Assembly (NCBI GenBank): GCA_963782915.1
Contig: CAWALK010000018.1
Span: 203,470-267,469 of the forward strand
DNA length: 64,000 nucleotides
Direction of reading: 5' to 3'
From: an uncultured archaeon
Lineage (GTDB): Archaea; Thermoproteota; Bathyarchaeia; Bathyarchaeales; Bathycorpusculaceae
Part shown: piece after piece, positions 30,460-40,817 of the stretch
Layout of the letters: every line of letters begins with the position of its first letter
Position numbering within the stretch: the stretch's first letter is position 1
Program-made: the position numbers and the translations under genes
The notes under the pieces: generated by a model
What the model saw: only the letters and a program-made list of their open reading frames with translations
Told to the model about the DNA's origin: nothing
Database searches by the model: none

Positions 30460-31386
30460 CTAATGCATGGCTACTTGTGCCCTTAGAACCTTCTCGATAC
30501 GGTCAACCTCAACTTGAGCTCCATCGTTTAACGCTGTCAATTTTATTTCGTCAGGCGACTGCACCCCAAACCCAAGTTCAGCGGCCCGCTTGATTTGGTC
30601 CTGTTCAAAAACATCAGCCTCACCCACTTTGCCTTTGGCACCATACAGTTTAAGGATGGAAACTCCAACCGCATCCAATGCAACCCGATCTCGACTAGCC
30701 AACAACAAACCCGGCTCAACCAAATCGCCGCTTTCAGGGCCACCAGTCACAAACGCTTTAATCCCATCCATAACCGCCACATCCACCTTGTAGTGGTTGT
30801 TTATTTCGGCAATCATTTGGCGTTGAAATGGCGATCCGTGCAGTTCCCACATGTAATCGTAAAGGCCGCCCGGCACCCTTTTCGCAACCATGCCCACGGA
30901 GCATTTCATCGACAGGGTAAAGTGTCCTCCGAATCGGTGGGTTTTGAGGCAGCAAGTGTTTACGACTTTGTCGGCGTCACGGAAGACTTTGGCTAGATAG
31001 AAGCCTCTTAGCCAGTGGGTATTGCCCCGTTCAAATTTTACCCAGTCCTCTTTTGAAACCTCATCCAGTATAACTGCTTTGAAACCTAGCTCTTTTGAAA
31101 GCCCAAGTACGCCCATTTGTTCGAGGACTTCGCGGGTGTCACCCATGCCACTACGCTCAGCCATGGTAATTTGCTCAGGTTCTGCGGCTTTGAGGTTCTC
31201 GATGAGGGCTCTTAAGGTGTCTATGTGTGTGGATGCCGGGAAGGGGTCGGCGCTGTTAAAATTAGCCTTCAAAGCCACCTTCTTACCCGAATAATCGGAT
31301 AAATCGAATTTACTCAGAAGAGCCGGTATGCCTGTTTTTCGGTCGGTGGTTTTGAGGAGGAAAACTTCCCCATAGGATTCAGCCAT
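30460..31386 (-). CDS. DUF362 (Fe-S) domain protein
   Basis: VALKANFNSAD, LKTHRFGGHFTLSMK and DRVALDA motifs. Confidence 0.85.
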   Translation of the reverse strand: MAESYGEVFLLKTTDRKTGIPALLSKFDLSDYSGKKVALKANFNSADPFPASTHIDTLRALIENLKAAEPEQITMAERSGMGDTREVLEQMGVLGLSKELGFKAVILDEVSKEDWVKFERGNTHWLRGFYLAKVFRDADKVVNTCCLKTHRFGGHFTLSMKCSVGMVAKRVPGGLYDYMWELHGSPFQRQMIAEINNHYKVDVAVMDGIKAFVTGGPESGDLVEPGLLLASRDRVALDAVGVSILKLYGAKGKVGEADVFEQDQIKRAAELGFGVQSPDEIKLTALNDGAQVEVDRIEKVLRAQVAMH

Positions 31387-31433
31387 CAAAATCGCCGAAA
31401 AATAAGGAGTCAGCAAGGTTATTAGTATTACCT

Positions 31434-31453
31434 GCATCAAACTGCAACAACAA
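31434..31453 (+). repeat. 20-bp direct repeat left of the methyltransferase gene
   Basis: GCATCAAACTGCAACAACAA; 19/20 identical to 32489..32508. Confidence 0.65.
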
Positions 31454-31554
31454 CCCACATAAATGTGGGTTTATAGGCAAAAAGCTATCCGTAATAGCTA
31501 TTAAGTGCAAAAACGATTACTAGATTAACGAATTTTAGTTTGCTGAGTGGTTTT

Positions 31555-32481
31555 ATGGCTACTTTTCAGATTTTAAAGCGTACATCTGAGGAAAAAATAG
31601 GATGGCTTGTTGAAACCATCGCTGTTCACTATAAATCGCCAACTTTACGTGCAATGGCAGATATTGTACGGGAGAAACAGGCAATTATTTTGGATTATCG
31701 GATTGATTCTACGCCCCGCTATGGATACGGAAAGCCTCTGCATCCGCAGCTTGAAGAAATAATTAAGAAAAACAAAGCGCAATACATCGCAACCTTGCAG
31801 AGTTTTCTGCAATTTAAAGAGAACTTCTTAGCCATACCCACTCGAAACGCAACCGACGAATCCACGACACCCTGCTGGATTAACCACTTTGTTCCCGGCC
31901 TTGACTCAGTTGCGCTTTATTCGTTTCTAGCGCTCAATAAGCCAAAAAGGTATTTTGAGATCGGCTCAGGCAACTCAACCCGATTTGCCCGAAAAGCAAT
32001 AAGTGACCATAATTTGCCCACAAAAATAACTTCAATTGACCCTGAACCACGGGCAGACATTAGCAAAATCTGCGACAAAATCATACGCCAACCCTTGGAA
32101 GACGTCGATTTGGCAGTGTTTGAGGAGTTGGAAGCGGGCGATATTTTGTTTGTGGACAATAGCCACCGTTGTCTCATGAACTCTGATGTGACGGTTGTGT
32201 TTTTGGAGATTCTGCCTAGGCTCAAACCGGGAGTGCTCTTAGAAATTCATGATATTACCTTGCCGTGGGATTATCCGCGTAGCTATATTGAACGCTACTA
32301 TTCTGAGCAATATTTGCTTGCGGTTCTTTTGTTGGCAAGTCGAGATTGGGAGGTTGTTCTTCCGAATTGGTATGTTAGTAGAACCCCGGGGTATAGCCAA
32401 GTTTTGGATTCGCTCTGGAAGGACCCGGCATTGGCAGGCGTGCAGACGCATGGCTGCTCTTTCTGGATGAGAAAGAAGTAA
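31555..32481 (+). CDS. class I SAM-dependent methyltransferase (Methyltransf_24-like)
   Basis: EIGSGNST, SIDPEP, ILFVDNSH and IHDI motifs. Confidence 0.88.
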   Translation: MATFQILKRTSEEKIGWLVETIAVHYKSPTLRAMADIVREKQAIILDYRIDSTPRYGYGKPLHPQLEEIIKKNKAQYIATLQSFLQFKENFLAIPTRNATDESTTPCWINHFVPGLDSVALYSFLALNKPKRYFEIGSGNSTRFARKAISDHNLPTKITSIDPEPRADISKICDKIIRQPLEDVDLAVFEELEAGDILFVDNSHRCLMNSDVTVVFLEILPRLKPGVLLEIHDITLPWDYPRSYIERYYSEQYLLAVLLLASRDWEVVLPNWYVSRTPGYSQVLDSLWKDPALAGVQTHGCSFWMRKK

Positions 32482-32488
32482 TTTTCAG

Positions 32489-32508
32489 GCATCAAGCTGC
32501 AACAACAA
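32489..32508 (+). repeat. 20-bp direct repeat right of the methyltransferase gene
   Basis: GCATCAAGCTGCAACAACAA. Confidence 0.65.
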
Positions 32509-32555
32509 AACCGCAAGCTCTATATTATACAATGGAGCCCTTTTGGAAGCTATGC

Positions 32556-32633
32556 GGGTCCGTAGCTCAGTCAGGCTAGAGCGGCGGACTCTTAATCCGT
32601 AGGCCGCGGGTTCAATTCCCGTCGGACCCGCCA
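32556..32633 (+). tRNA. tRNA-Lys(CTT), encoded CCA
   Basis: GGGTCCG TA GCTC..GAGC G GCGGA CTCTTAA TCCGT AGGCC GCGGG TTCAATT CCCGT CGGACCC GCCA. Confidence 0.95.
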
Positions 32634-32805
32634 ATATTTACGTTCATTTGTATCGTCCTTTTTCCATTTAACTTTTTTCTGAAGCGGATTCTCGTTAGCT
32701 TTCTGCAATTTGCCCTGTTTTTTCCAGCGGATGCTCTGCAGGAGGAGAAATGCGTGACAGCTGAGTTTTACCTTAAGGGCATTTATCGACATTTTAATCA
32801 TTCTA

Positions 32806-33297
32806 TTATTTGATAATTTCACACTGTCCCGTATAATCACTATTGGCAACTCTAAACAGTTCACCATATTTTGGGTTTTTAAATTGAATAACCATGCGTG
32901 GTGGAGATTTTTTCATCTTAACTGGATTACTGTAGAGAATGTTAAAATGAACAATAGCTGAGACAAACAATACGAAAAAACCGACTAAACCTAAAGTGTT
33001 ATCAACAATACCGAAAAGTAAGTAAGTAGTCAAACCACCAAAAAAAATTAAAAATAAACCCAAGAGTACACCCACAGTTCGCGCAAGTCTCTTCTTGGGC
33101 TTGTAACAGGAACTGCAAATTGGCACATTGACCGAGGTTGCGGTCATTTTATTTGAAAATAGTTTAGATTCGGCTCGACCAATGGCAAGGTTACGGTCTG
33201 GATCTGGATTCATGCATTCAGAACAAAATCGAAGAAAGCGTAGGGCCCCATCATAACTATAAACTGAGACCTTCGAAATAATCACCGAATATGACAT
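32806..33297 (-). CDS. membrane protein with CxxC...CxxC zinc motif (cargo of the tRNA-Lys mini-island)
   Basis: CSEC..CSSC, two TM helices, AT-rich codons. Confidence 0.7.
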   Translation of the reverse strand: MSYSVIISKVSVYSYDGALRFLRFCSECMNPDPDRNLAIGRAESKLFSNKMTATSVNVPICSSCYKPKKRLARTVGVLLGLFLIFFGGLTTYLLFGIVDNTLGLVGFFVLFVSAIVHFNILYSNPVKMKKSPPRMVIQFKNPKYGELFRVANSDYTGQCEIIK

Positions 33298-33555
33298 ATG
33301 TGGAGATCTAAAAGAACTTATTTACAACTGAACGTTGTATCAGTTTTAGCGATTTTCAATTAATCGTTAGCATATTATTAAAGTATAAAAATTTGTTGAC
33401 ACTTTATTGGCAGCAATTCAAGCCCTTTCTAAAACATTGATAATTGCTGGACATCATTTATCATCGATGAGAATCAGTTGCAATTCTGCAAATGAGCTTA
33501 GGCAACTAATCACACAACAGGCTGCGGTATAAATGAACGTATATACGGTCGATAA

Positions 33556-33571
33556 CCGTCGGACCCGCCAA
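33556..33571 (+). repeat. att-like duplicate of the tRNA-Lys 3' end
   Basis: CCGTCGGACCCGCCAA identical to 32619..32634. Confidence 0.85.
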
Positions 33572-33802
33572 GTTTTGATTTTTCTTTGCATGCTTGTGGG
33601 ATGGCAGGAATGTTTGAAAATTTAGTTTGGATCGCTGGTTCAATTGATTTAGCAGTTGCTAAAAGAGAAGGATTCCTGTAATAAAACTAAAAATGCATCC
33701 GACAAAACCTATCAAAAACGCTTTAGGACAAATCTAACCCTAAAAATTGCATCCAATAAATAATTAAAAATAATTATGCTTATTTGCCGGTTCATCCGTT
33801 AA

Positions 33803-33907
33803 CTATTCATCCCAGCAATCCCAGCATACATCATCAAAGTTTTCGTCTTCTTGCTTGATTTCTTTTCCGCACATTTTGCATTTCCTACATTTTTTTTCAT
33901 CGGTCAA
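33803..33907 (-). CDS. 34-aa Cys-rich zinc-finger microprotein (possibly truncated)
   Basis: GGAGG RBS; MTDEKKCRKCKMCGKEIKQEDENFDDVCWDCWDE*. Confidence 0.55.
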   Translation of the reverse strand: MTDEKKCRKCKMCGKEIKQEDENFDDVCWDCWDE

Positions 33908-33994
33908 CCCATTATCCCTCCATCGACTTTTTTATTAGAGCGGAGCAGAGTAATCACATATAGTTTATTAAATTGTATTCTTGTTTTTTGAGAA

Positions 33995-34645
33995 ATGCAA
34001 CCCCAAAACAAAAACCAGCCCACAGAAGATCACTGGAGCCAATACAAATGCCCCACCGGTGCGTTAGGCAGAACAGTTGCTGCAAACATGAACAAGGGAC
34101 ATTGGGACTTAACCACTTGGGGGCTAAAACACGTAGACATCAAACCTAATGCTGTAATTTTAGATGTGGGTTGTGGGGGAGGCAAAACCATAAGCCGCCT
34201 TGCGAGGCGAGCAGGGCAGGGCAAAGTGTATGGCTTAGACCAATCAGCTGATATGGTTGATTACGCAAAACAAATCAACAAAACGCTCATCGCCAAAAAC
34301 CGAGTCGAAATTATCCAAGGCTCAGTTGAGAAAACCGGTTTCCAGGACGAGTTCTTTGATTTAGTAACAGCAGTTGAAACTTACTATTTCTGGCCTGACC
34401 TTGCAGATGCCTTCAAAGAGATAAAACGCATTCTCAAGAAAGGAGGACACCTGCTTATCATAAATGAAATGATTGCGGATGGGGCGTATGAAGTGGAGAA
34501 TGCAGAATTGATCGCTAAAACGCAGGTGCATCTTGTGTCATTAGATGAAATACAGAAAATCTTGATATCTGAGGGCTTTGGTACCGTAAAAGTTTGCAGA
34601 AAGAGAAAATCTGACTGGAATGCGATTCTTGCTCTGAAAACATAG
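33995..34645 (+). CDS. class I SAM-dependent methyltransferase (UbiE-like)
   Basis: LDVGCGGG, FDLVTAVETYYFWP and RILKKGG motifs. Confidence 0.9.
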   Translation: MQPQNKNQPTEDHWSQYKCPTGALGRTVAANMNKGHWDLTTWGLKHVDIKPNAVILDVGCGGGKTISRLARRAGQGKVYGLDQSADMVDYAKQINKTLIAKNRVEIIQGSVEKTGFQDEFFDLVTAVETYYFWPDLADAFKEIKRILKKGGHLLIINEMIADGAYEVENAELIAKTQVHLVSLDEIQKILISEGFGTVKVCRKRKSDWNAILALKT

Positions 34646-34855
34646 GACGGCAATTTGAGCACTTCAAAAATGGATGCAAGCGGTAAAGTTTACGCTAACT
34701 TAGTTGGCTTGTAAGGGATTGTTAAGATGCTTGTTTCTTATCCAGAATTTGAGGTCCTTAGCGACTAATTTTATTTAAGCAAAATCGTGAATTTTAAACA
34801 AGAACTCTCTTATAGACAGACCATTCTCTAAAAGCTAGTTTTCGCAAAATAAAAT

Positions 34856-35110
34856 ATGCTTCTAGGATTTAATAAAATGTCGCTTTCAATTAGTTTTGTG
34901 TTCAATGTTATAGGCGTCGTCTTTGAGGTGATAGCGATAGGTTGGGCGGCTAGAATGGTCTCGTATAGCTTTAGCAAATGGAATGTAGAACACATGAAAC
35001 ATGCGGCAAGATCTGCTGAACAACACTTCCAAGAAGAAAAGAAACAAGCGATTATTATCTTATTCATTTCCTTAGGTGTGCTTTTCCAGGGAGTAGCTGG
35101 ATTTCTTTAG
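34856..35110 (+). CDS. small membrane protein, hypothetical
   Basis: Two hydrophobic segments. Confidence 0.45.
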   Translation: MLLGFNKMSLSISFVFNVIGVVFEVIAIGWAARMVSYSFSKWNVEHMKHAARSAEQHFQEEKKQAIIILFISLGVLFQGVAGFL

Positions 35111-35431
35111 CGATTTCTTCCTTACCCTAATGTACCACGTTTTTAAAAAAAATACATCAATTGATCGGATGTTAGTTAATCACAAAATCTATGGCAATAC
35201 AGAAATGCAGCCCTCATGTATTGTTTGCTGAGTTGAATTTTGTGGTTAATCGCAAGTATTTTGATTCTCCTAATTGTGGGGGCTGTATGTATAAAGCAAG
35301 CAGTTATTGTTGGGGTCAATGCTCCCTAAACATCTGGAAAAAAGACAGAGAATATTGATATTTAGACCAATGTCCTGGAGATTTCTTATTTAGGAGAAAA
35401 AGACCTGAAACTGCAGGGCGCCTTTTTCCTT

Positions 35432-36403
35432 TCAGGCAAGCTTTTGATTGGGTATTTCGAGGTTTAATTGCTTCTTTAGTGCCTTGTATCGGTTCCTAAC
35501 CGTGACTTCAGTGACTCCGGCTGCTTCTGCAATGTCTTTTTGTGTTATCTTTTCGTTATTTTGAAGGCAAGCTATGTAGAGGGCTGCTGAAGCCATGCCC
35601 ATCGGGTCTTTTCCGGATACAAATCGTTTTAGCCTCGCTTCCCTTAGAATTGCTATGGCTGTACCCTGTGTTCTGCCTGATATTTTGTTTTTCTCTGCAA
35701 TCTTTGAAACGTAGGTCAACGGGTCAGAAAGGGGCATGTGAAAATCGAGCTCCTGCAGCATCAATCTATAGCAGCGTGCAACGTCTTTTCTATTAACAAG
35801 GCTGGCTTCAGAGATTTCACGAAGGGTTCGGGATGCTCCGCTTTTGCGGCAAGCAGCATACAACGAGGCGGCAGCGACAGCGTTTATGGACCGCCCTCGG
35901 ACTAAACCTTTATCGAGTGCTTTTCTGTAAATGACTGCGGCTTTTTCTTTGAGGGGCGCTGAAACGTTGATGTTGCCGGATAAACGGTCAAGTTCACCCA
36001 TGGCTTGAGAGAGGTTTCGGTCGATGGATGAGTGTACTCTGCTGCGTATTTGCCATTTTCGTAGACGCCACATTTGCAATCTTGTAGACAGAGGCAGTTT
36101 TCTTCCGAAAGCATCTCTGTCAACTTGGCTGATGGTTGTGGATAACCCTTTATCATGAATGGAATATGATGTTGGCATGCCCACGCGGCTTCTTGAGGCT
36201 TTCTCTTGTTGCGTGAAAGCTCGCCATTCAGGTCCCTTATCTAGCATCTGCTCATATAAGATGAGACCGCAGTCGCCACAGATAGTTTCGCCCGTGTCAT
36301 AATCGTGAACAAGATTTATACTTGCACATTCAGGGCATTTGTCAGCTAAGCGCTGAGGCGTTTTAGGGACTTCTTTGACTATATTAACTTGGGTTATACT
36401 CAC
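35432..36403 (-). CDS. tfb: transcription initiation factor IIB (TFB, probably a paralog)
   Basis: CPEC..CGDC Zn ribbon, GPEWRAF, cyclin repeats, VTEVTVRNRYK. Confidence 0.95.
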   Translation of the reverse strand: MSITQVNIVKEVPKTPQRLADKCPECASINLVHDYDTGETICGDCGLILYEQMLDKGPEWRAFTQQEKASRSRVGMPTSYSIHDKGLSTTISQVDRDAFGRKLPLSTRLQMWRLRKWQIRSRVHSSIDRNLSQAMGELDRLSGNINVSAPLKEKAAVIYRKALDKGLVRGRSINAVAAASLYAACRKSGASRTLREISEASLVNRKDVARCYRLMLQELDFHMPLSDPLTYVSKIAEKNKISGRTQGTAIAILREARLKRFVSGKDPMGMASAALYIACLQNNEKITQKDIAEAAGVTEVTVRNRYKALKKQLNLEIPNQKLA

Positions 36404-36694
36404 TTTTCCATCTCAATTTATTTGCCCAGAATCGTCACGTAGTCATAAAATCCCATTTCAGGATACTAAAAAATGATAATGCGATCTGCGCAATCTATTC
36501 AAGAGTTGGGGTGTAGCTTATATACATGATTTTGTTTTCGTGATAATTATAAGGAAAATAATAAGAATTATCAAAATGTTTTAAAAGTTGAATGTTCAAA
36601 CTTTAACCTGCTAACTTAATGGTGTTCTTGCAAAAGATTAAAACCAAACCCAACAATAACAAACCATAGAAACCAGTCAACCGGACATGAAATT

Positions 36695-37058
36695 ATGGAC
36701 CTAACAGCCGAGCTCAAAAATCTTCAGGGCAAACGTTTGACAACCCTTTACCAAAACAAACCCTTCGAAATCACCCAGGTTTCCAATAACCAAATAATTC
36801 TCAAAACCTCAAAAGTACCACAACATCCCATACCTCTCAAAGAAATAACAAGTGCATGGAACCATCTCATGAGAAAGAAAAAATTAACAAGTTCAGAAGT
36901 TCGAGATTTAGGGATACTCGGAACTTGACCCTACTTACGTGGTGGCTATTCTTGCAAGCTTACCTGGGGTAACGCACAGTCTTACGCCAATCACTCTAAA
37001 GCTTAAAGATACTGCTTTGAAGCCTGAAGAGGGCGCCGAAAGAAAAATGAAGCCGTGA
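36695..37058 (+). CDS. hypothetical protein (frameshift near 36912)
   Basis: ORF 36695..36928 continues as YSELDPTYVVAILASLPGV... in another frame. Confidence 0.5.
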
Positions 37059-37216
37059 CAACTGCAGCTAACCCAACGCCTATGATAGGAAGGAACCCTC
37101 TAACAGGGCATAGAAAAAAATTGCAGCTTTTTAGCGGTTGTTGCTACAGCCTGTAACAACATCACCTTATATCCAAACTAATCGTAACTCGTTTACTAAG
37201 ACCGAAGATACACCCA

Positions 37217-37308
37217 AGTTGGGCAGGTTTGGCTGCTAACAAAGATAAGCCGGTTCCCCTCTCTCTTTTGCCCTATCGATGTTAGCACACGGCTAAGCCA
37301 GCTTAACT
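37217..37308 (+). ncRNA. putative rod-shaped structured RNA, copy 1
   Basis: Long stem AGTTGGGC/GCTTAACT and GGTTTGGCTG/CGGCTAAGCC, CACA bulge, CTAACA/TGTTAG, pyrimidine loop; TTATAT box about 50 nt upstream, T-tract after. Confidence 0.6.
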
Positions 37309-37402
37309 CTACTTTTTTCCCTTCTGTATCTTGCGTGGTAATTTAGATTCAATAATTTATTGCTTATGCAATTAGCAGGTTGCAATTGGTTGTCAGAGAA
37401 AC

Positions 37403-37828
37403 ATGAACTACTATTTTTTGGTTGCCACAGTGAGTCTTGCTTTGCAGATAGGTGTTTTAGCTTTAATTATGATCGGCTTTGGATTCAAACTGCGTCTGCG
37501 TTTTCGTTTGCATGGCTCTTTTATGCTGACAGCCGTTGTGGTTCATTTAATAACTATTGGGGTAGTTATGATACCTGCCTTTATAGCGATAATCATTGAG
37601 AAGCCTCCAATTCTGATCAGTTCGTTCGCACCTTTTCACGCTGTTTTAGGGACAATAACTGCAATTTTAGGTGTCTGGATTGTTGGTTCATGGCGGTTAA
37701 GACAGTCAACCAAGTTTTGTGCTCCGAAAAGAAAATTCATGCGTGCCACTTTCATACTGTGGTTAGTAACTTTATCCTTGGGCATAATCTTTTATTTTAT
37801 TCTTAATTGGGCCTATTTGTTTGGTTAA
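37403..37828 (+). CDS. four-TM His-containing membrane protein (DUF420/cytochrome b-like)
   Basis: HGSFML, HL and HAVLG His residues within TM helices. Confidence 0.65.
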   Translation: MNYYFLVATVSLALQIGVLALIMIGFGFKLRLRFRLHGSFMLTAVVVHLITIGVVMIPAFIAIIIEKPPILISSFAPFHAVLGTITAILGVWIVGSWRLRQSTKFCAPKRKFMRATFILWLVTLSLGIIFYFILNWAYLFG

Positions 37829-37920
37829 GCTCTATAAATAATTGTAAGTAAATAATTATTAAATTCAATTCTGATTGTTATATCAGTCTTAAATTCGTTT
37901 TTTACGGGAGCTGAATTAAA

Positions 37921-39910
37921 ACGCCACGGGAAATCGTTGTGGGTAATGGTCGCGTATTAGTCGCCCTTGATAGCAAGATGATGATAAGGGACTTCTTTTA
38001 CCCAAATGTTGGATTGGAGAATCATGTTGATGGGCACTTTTTTAAACTGGGGGCTTGGACTGAAAACAAGTTTTCTTGGATTGACCAGAATTGGGACATA
38101 AAAATGAAGTACTTGCCGGAAACACTGGTTAGCAAGTGTATAGCTAATAATGAAGAGTCAGCTCTTCAACTTGAGATCAATGATGCCGTCCACAGTTTTC
38201 TGGATGTATACTTACGCAAAATTGTAATTCATAATAACGTAGATAGAAAAAGAGAGGTTCGTTTATTTTTTTCTCATGACTTTCATATTTATGGGGAAGA
38301 TACTGGTGACACAGCAATCTATGATCCCAATTTAAAATCTATTATCCATTATAAACGAAAACGATATTTTCTAATCAACGGGTTGACAGATCAAGACCAA
38401 GGAATTTATCAATTTGCAACAGGTCAGAAAGAGTCTTTTGGAAAAGAAGGCACTTGGAAAGACGCAGAAGACGGTGATCTCCAAGGAAATCCAGTAGCTC
38501 AAGGTTCTGTTGACTCAACAATTTCTTTTAGGTTAGAAATTGAGCCCAACTCTTCAAACACATTTTATTATTGGATAGCATGCGGACAAGATCTTAGCGA
38601 AATTAAGAACCTCGACGCTAAAATTAAGAAAATAGGGGTCGAGCAGTTGTTACTTGAAACAGAAAACTACTGGAGCGCTTGGATCAATAAACAAAACATA
38701 GAAACTAGAAGCCTACCTCGAGAAATAGCGCGACTATTCAAGACTTCACTGTTGATAATGCGTTCACATGTTGATAGTAATGGGGGAATAATTTCTTCTT
38801 GCGATTCAGACGTGTTACAATTCAACCGTGATACCTATTCGTACGTATGGCCGCGAGACGGGGCAATCGTTGCTTTGGCATTTGACATGGCAGGTTATCC
38901 TGAAGTTTCACGCATGTTTTTCCAGTTTTGTGATAAAACCATTAATGAAGATGGCTACTTTAGTCACAAATATTCACCCGATGGGTCAATAGGAAGTAGC
39001 TGGCATGCAATGGTCGACATTCGGGGTAAACTTCAATTGCCTATCCAAGAAGATGAAACAGCACTTGTCTTGTTTGCTTTGTACAAACACTTTCAAAAAT
39101 ACCATGATATAGAATTTATTTCCACAGTTTATCCTAGATTGGTGTTAAAAACTACTGAATTCTTGCTCGATTTTATTGATCCCCAAACAGGTCTTCCCAA
39201 GCCTTCATTTGATATTTGGGAAGAAAAAGTTGGCGTATACACTTCCACAGTGTCCACTGTGATTTCGGCTCTTCAGTCTGCCGCAAAATTAGCTAAAGTA
39301 TTCTACGATCGGGAAAGACAGGATTTACTAAGTGCAGCATCTACCAAAATGAAAGAAAATATGCTGACTAAGCTCTATGATACAAATGCTAAAAGGTTCA
39401 AAAAGGCAATATACTCTGACAATACTAACGACTTAACAGTAGATAGCAGTCTATCGTTTGCTTTTATCCAAGGTGCTTTCGAAGCCGGCAGTAAGGAAGT
39501 AAGAAACACCATGAATACAATTATTGATAGGCTTTGGATTAAATCAGAAATTGGAGGATTAGCTCGTTACGAAAATGACAATTATCACAGGATTTTCCGA
39601 GAGACCCCAGGGAACCCTTGGTTTATTTGTACACTCTGGCTCGCCCGATGGCATATAGCAACTGCCGCCTCGTTCGAGGAACTCAACAAGGGGTTAACGC
39701 TGCCTAGAATGGACAGCTAAGTATGCCTTGCAATCTGGAGAATTAGCTGAGCAGATTAATCCTCGGACTGGTGAGGCAATTTCTGTGGCTCCACTAATTT
39801 GGAGCCACGCGGAATTTGTAATTGCAGTATGCGAGTATAATGAAAAGAAAAAAGAGCTCTTAGCTATGGCTTCAAATCAAGGCTTAGACAGTTTGGAGAA
39901 ATCGCCATGA
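37921..39910 (+). CDS. GH15 glucoamylase/trehalase family (frameshift near 39700)
   Basis: YSYVWPRDG, QEDET, DIWEE, ARYENDNY, GNPWFIC and (second frame) LAEQ..PLIWSHAEF. Confidence 0.9.
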
Positions 39911-40212
39911 CTTTTTATTTTCTTTGCGGAATAAATGAAGTGTTAGAAGGAGAGCTAAGGGAATTTATCTTAAAAGAAGTTGAAATCCTTGCCGTCAAAT
40001 ATTCTGGGCAAATTTATTGTTTGCAGGCACGCTGTACTCATGCGGGGGCACCTCTGGTGGAAGGGGAGCTAAACGAGGAGGTTTTACAGTGCCCCTGGCA
40101 TGGCTCCCGGTTTAATATTAGAACAGGTTTGGTGATCAGGGGACCAGCCGTGAAACAGTTACTTATGTATAATTGCATTACCGAAGGAGACCGATTGCTT
40201 GTTGAATTATAG
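39907..40212 (+). CDS. Rieske [2Fe-2S] ferredoxin
   Basis: CTH...CPWHGSRF. Confidence 0.92.
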   Translation: MTFYFLCGINEVLEGELREFILKEVEILAVKYSGQIYCLQARCTHAGAPLVEGELNEEVLQCPWHGSRFNIRTGLVIRGPAVKQLLMYNCITEGDRLLVEL

Positions 40213-40363
40213 TAGTTAGAGGGCTTTTCAAATCATGCGTTCTATTCTAAAATGTAATAACGGTAAGGCATCTCTCTTCGCATACGTCATGATATTCATT
40301 TACTCATTCCCACGAATAGTCTTACCTTATTGAATTTTATAGAAGCACTTGCGGCTTAGCGTT

Positions 40364-40579
40364 TCAGGCTTTTCCTTTGAGGCAATAATACGAATTCTTA
40401 AGTCCATATTTGGTGAAGACGGGACAAGGTGAAGTACAGTCGCAAGAAACACTTTTGACTTTTTCCTTTGCTTTTCCCTTCGCGCAAAAAAGTATCCCTG
40501 TTAAATTGGAGTTTTTATAGGTAGGGCACCCTGGGCATAAACATAGTTTTTGGTTTTCTTCATTATCTATTACTGGCAT
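40364..40579 (-). CDS. DUF2769 Cys-rich protein
   Basis: CLCPGCPTY..LFCAKGK..CDC..CPV..YYC. Confidence 0.8.
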   Translation of the reverse strand: MPVIDNEENQKLCLCPGCPTYKNSNLTGILFCAKGKAKEKVKSVSCDCTSPCPVFTKYGLKNSYYCLKGKA

Positions 40580-40817
40580 TGCCGTATTACCATTTGGAAA
40601 CTACTCTGTCAAGATCTAATAACGATATGTGACTGCATAGTACCAACAACCGCAGATTTCGTCATAATATCCGAAAAGATGTTGCCCAGACAGTATTAGG
40701 CAATGTGACTGTAGAAGTGGCGGTCAAATAAGACAGTTGTTGCTAATTGTAATCACATAGTCTTATCAGCCATTTTTTGCATCCCTCCTTTGAAGGTTTA
40801 GTTTGGAGGTGAATTTT

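Noticed and set aside
32592-32867. 91-aa minus-strand ORF ending WRVRRELNPRPTD
   Set aside because: C-terminus is the antisense reading of the tRNA; no integrase motifs, so not an SSV-type split integrase fragment
33803-33805. Pyrrolysine readthrough of TAG
   Set aside because: No pyl genes in the window, and TAG terminates many other genes normally
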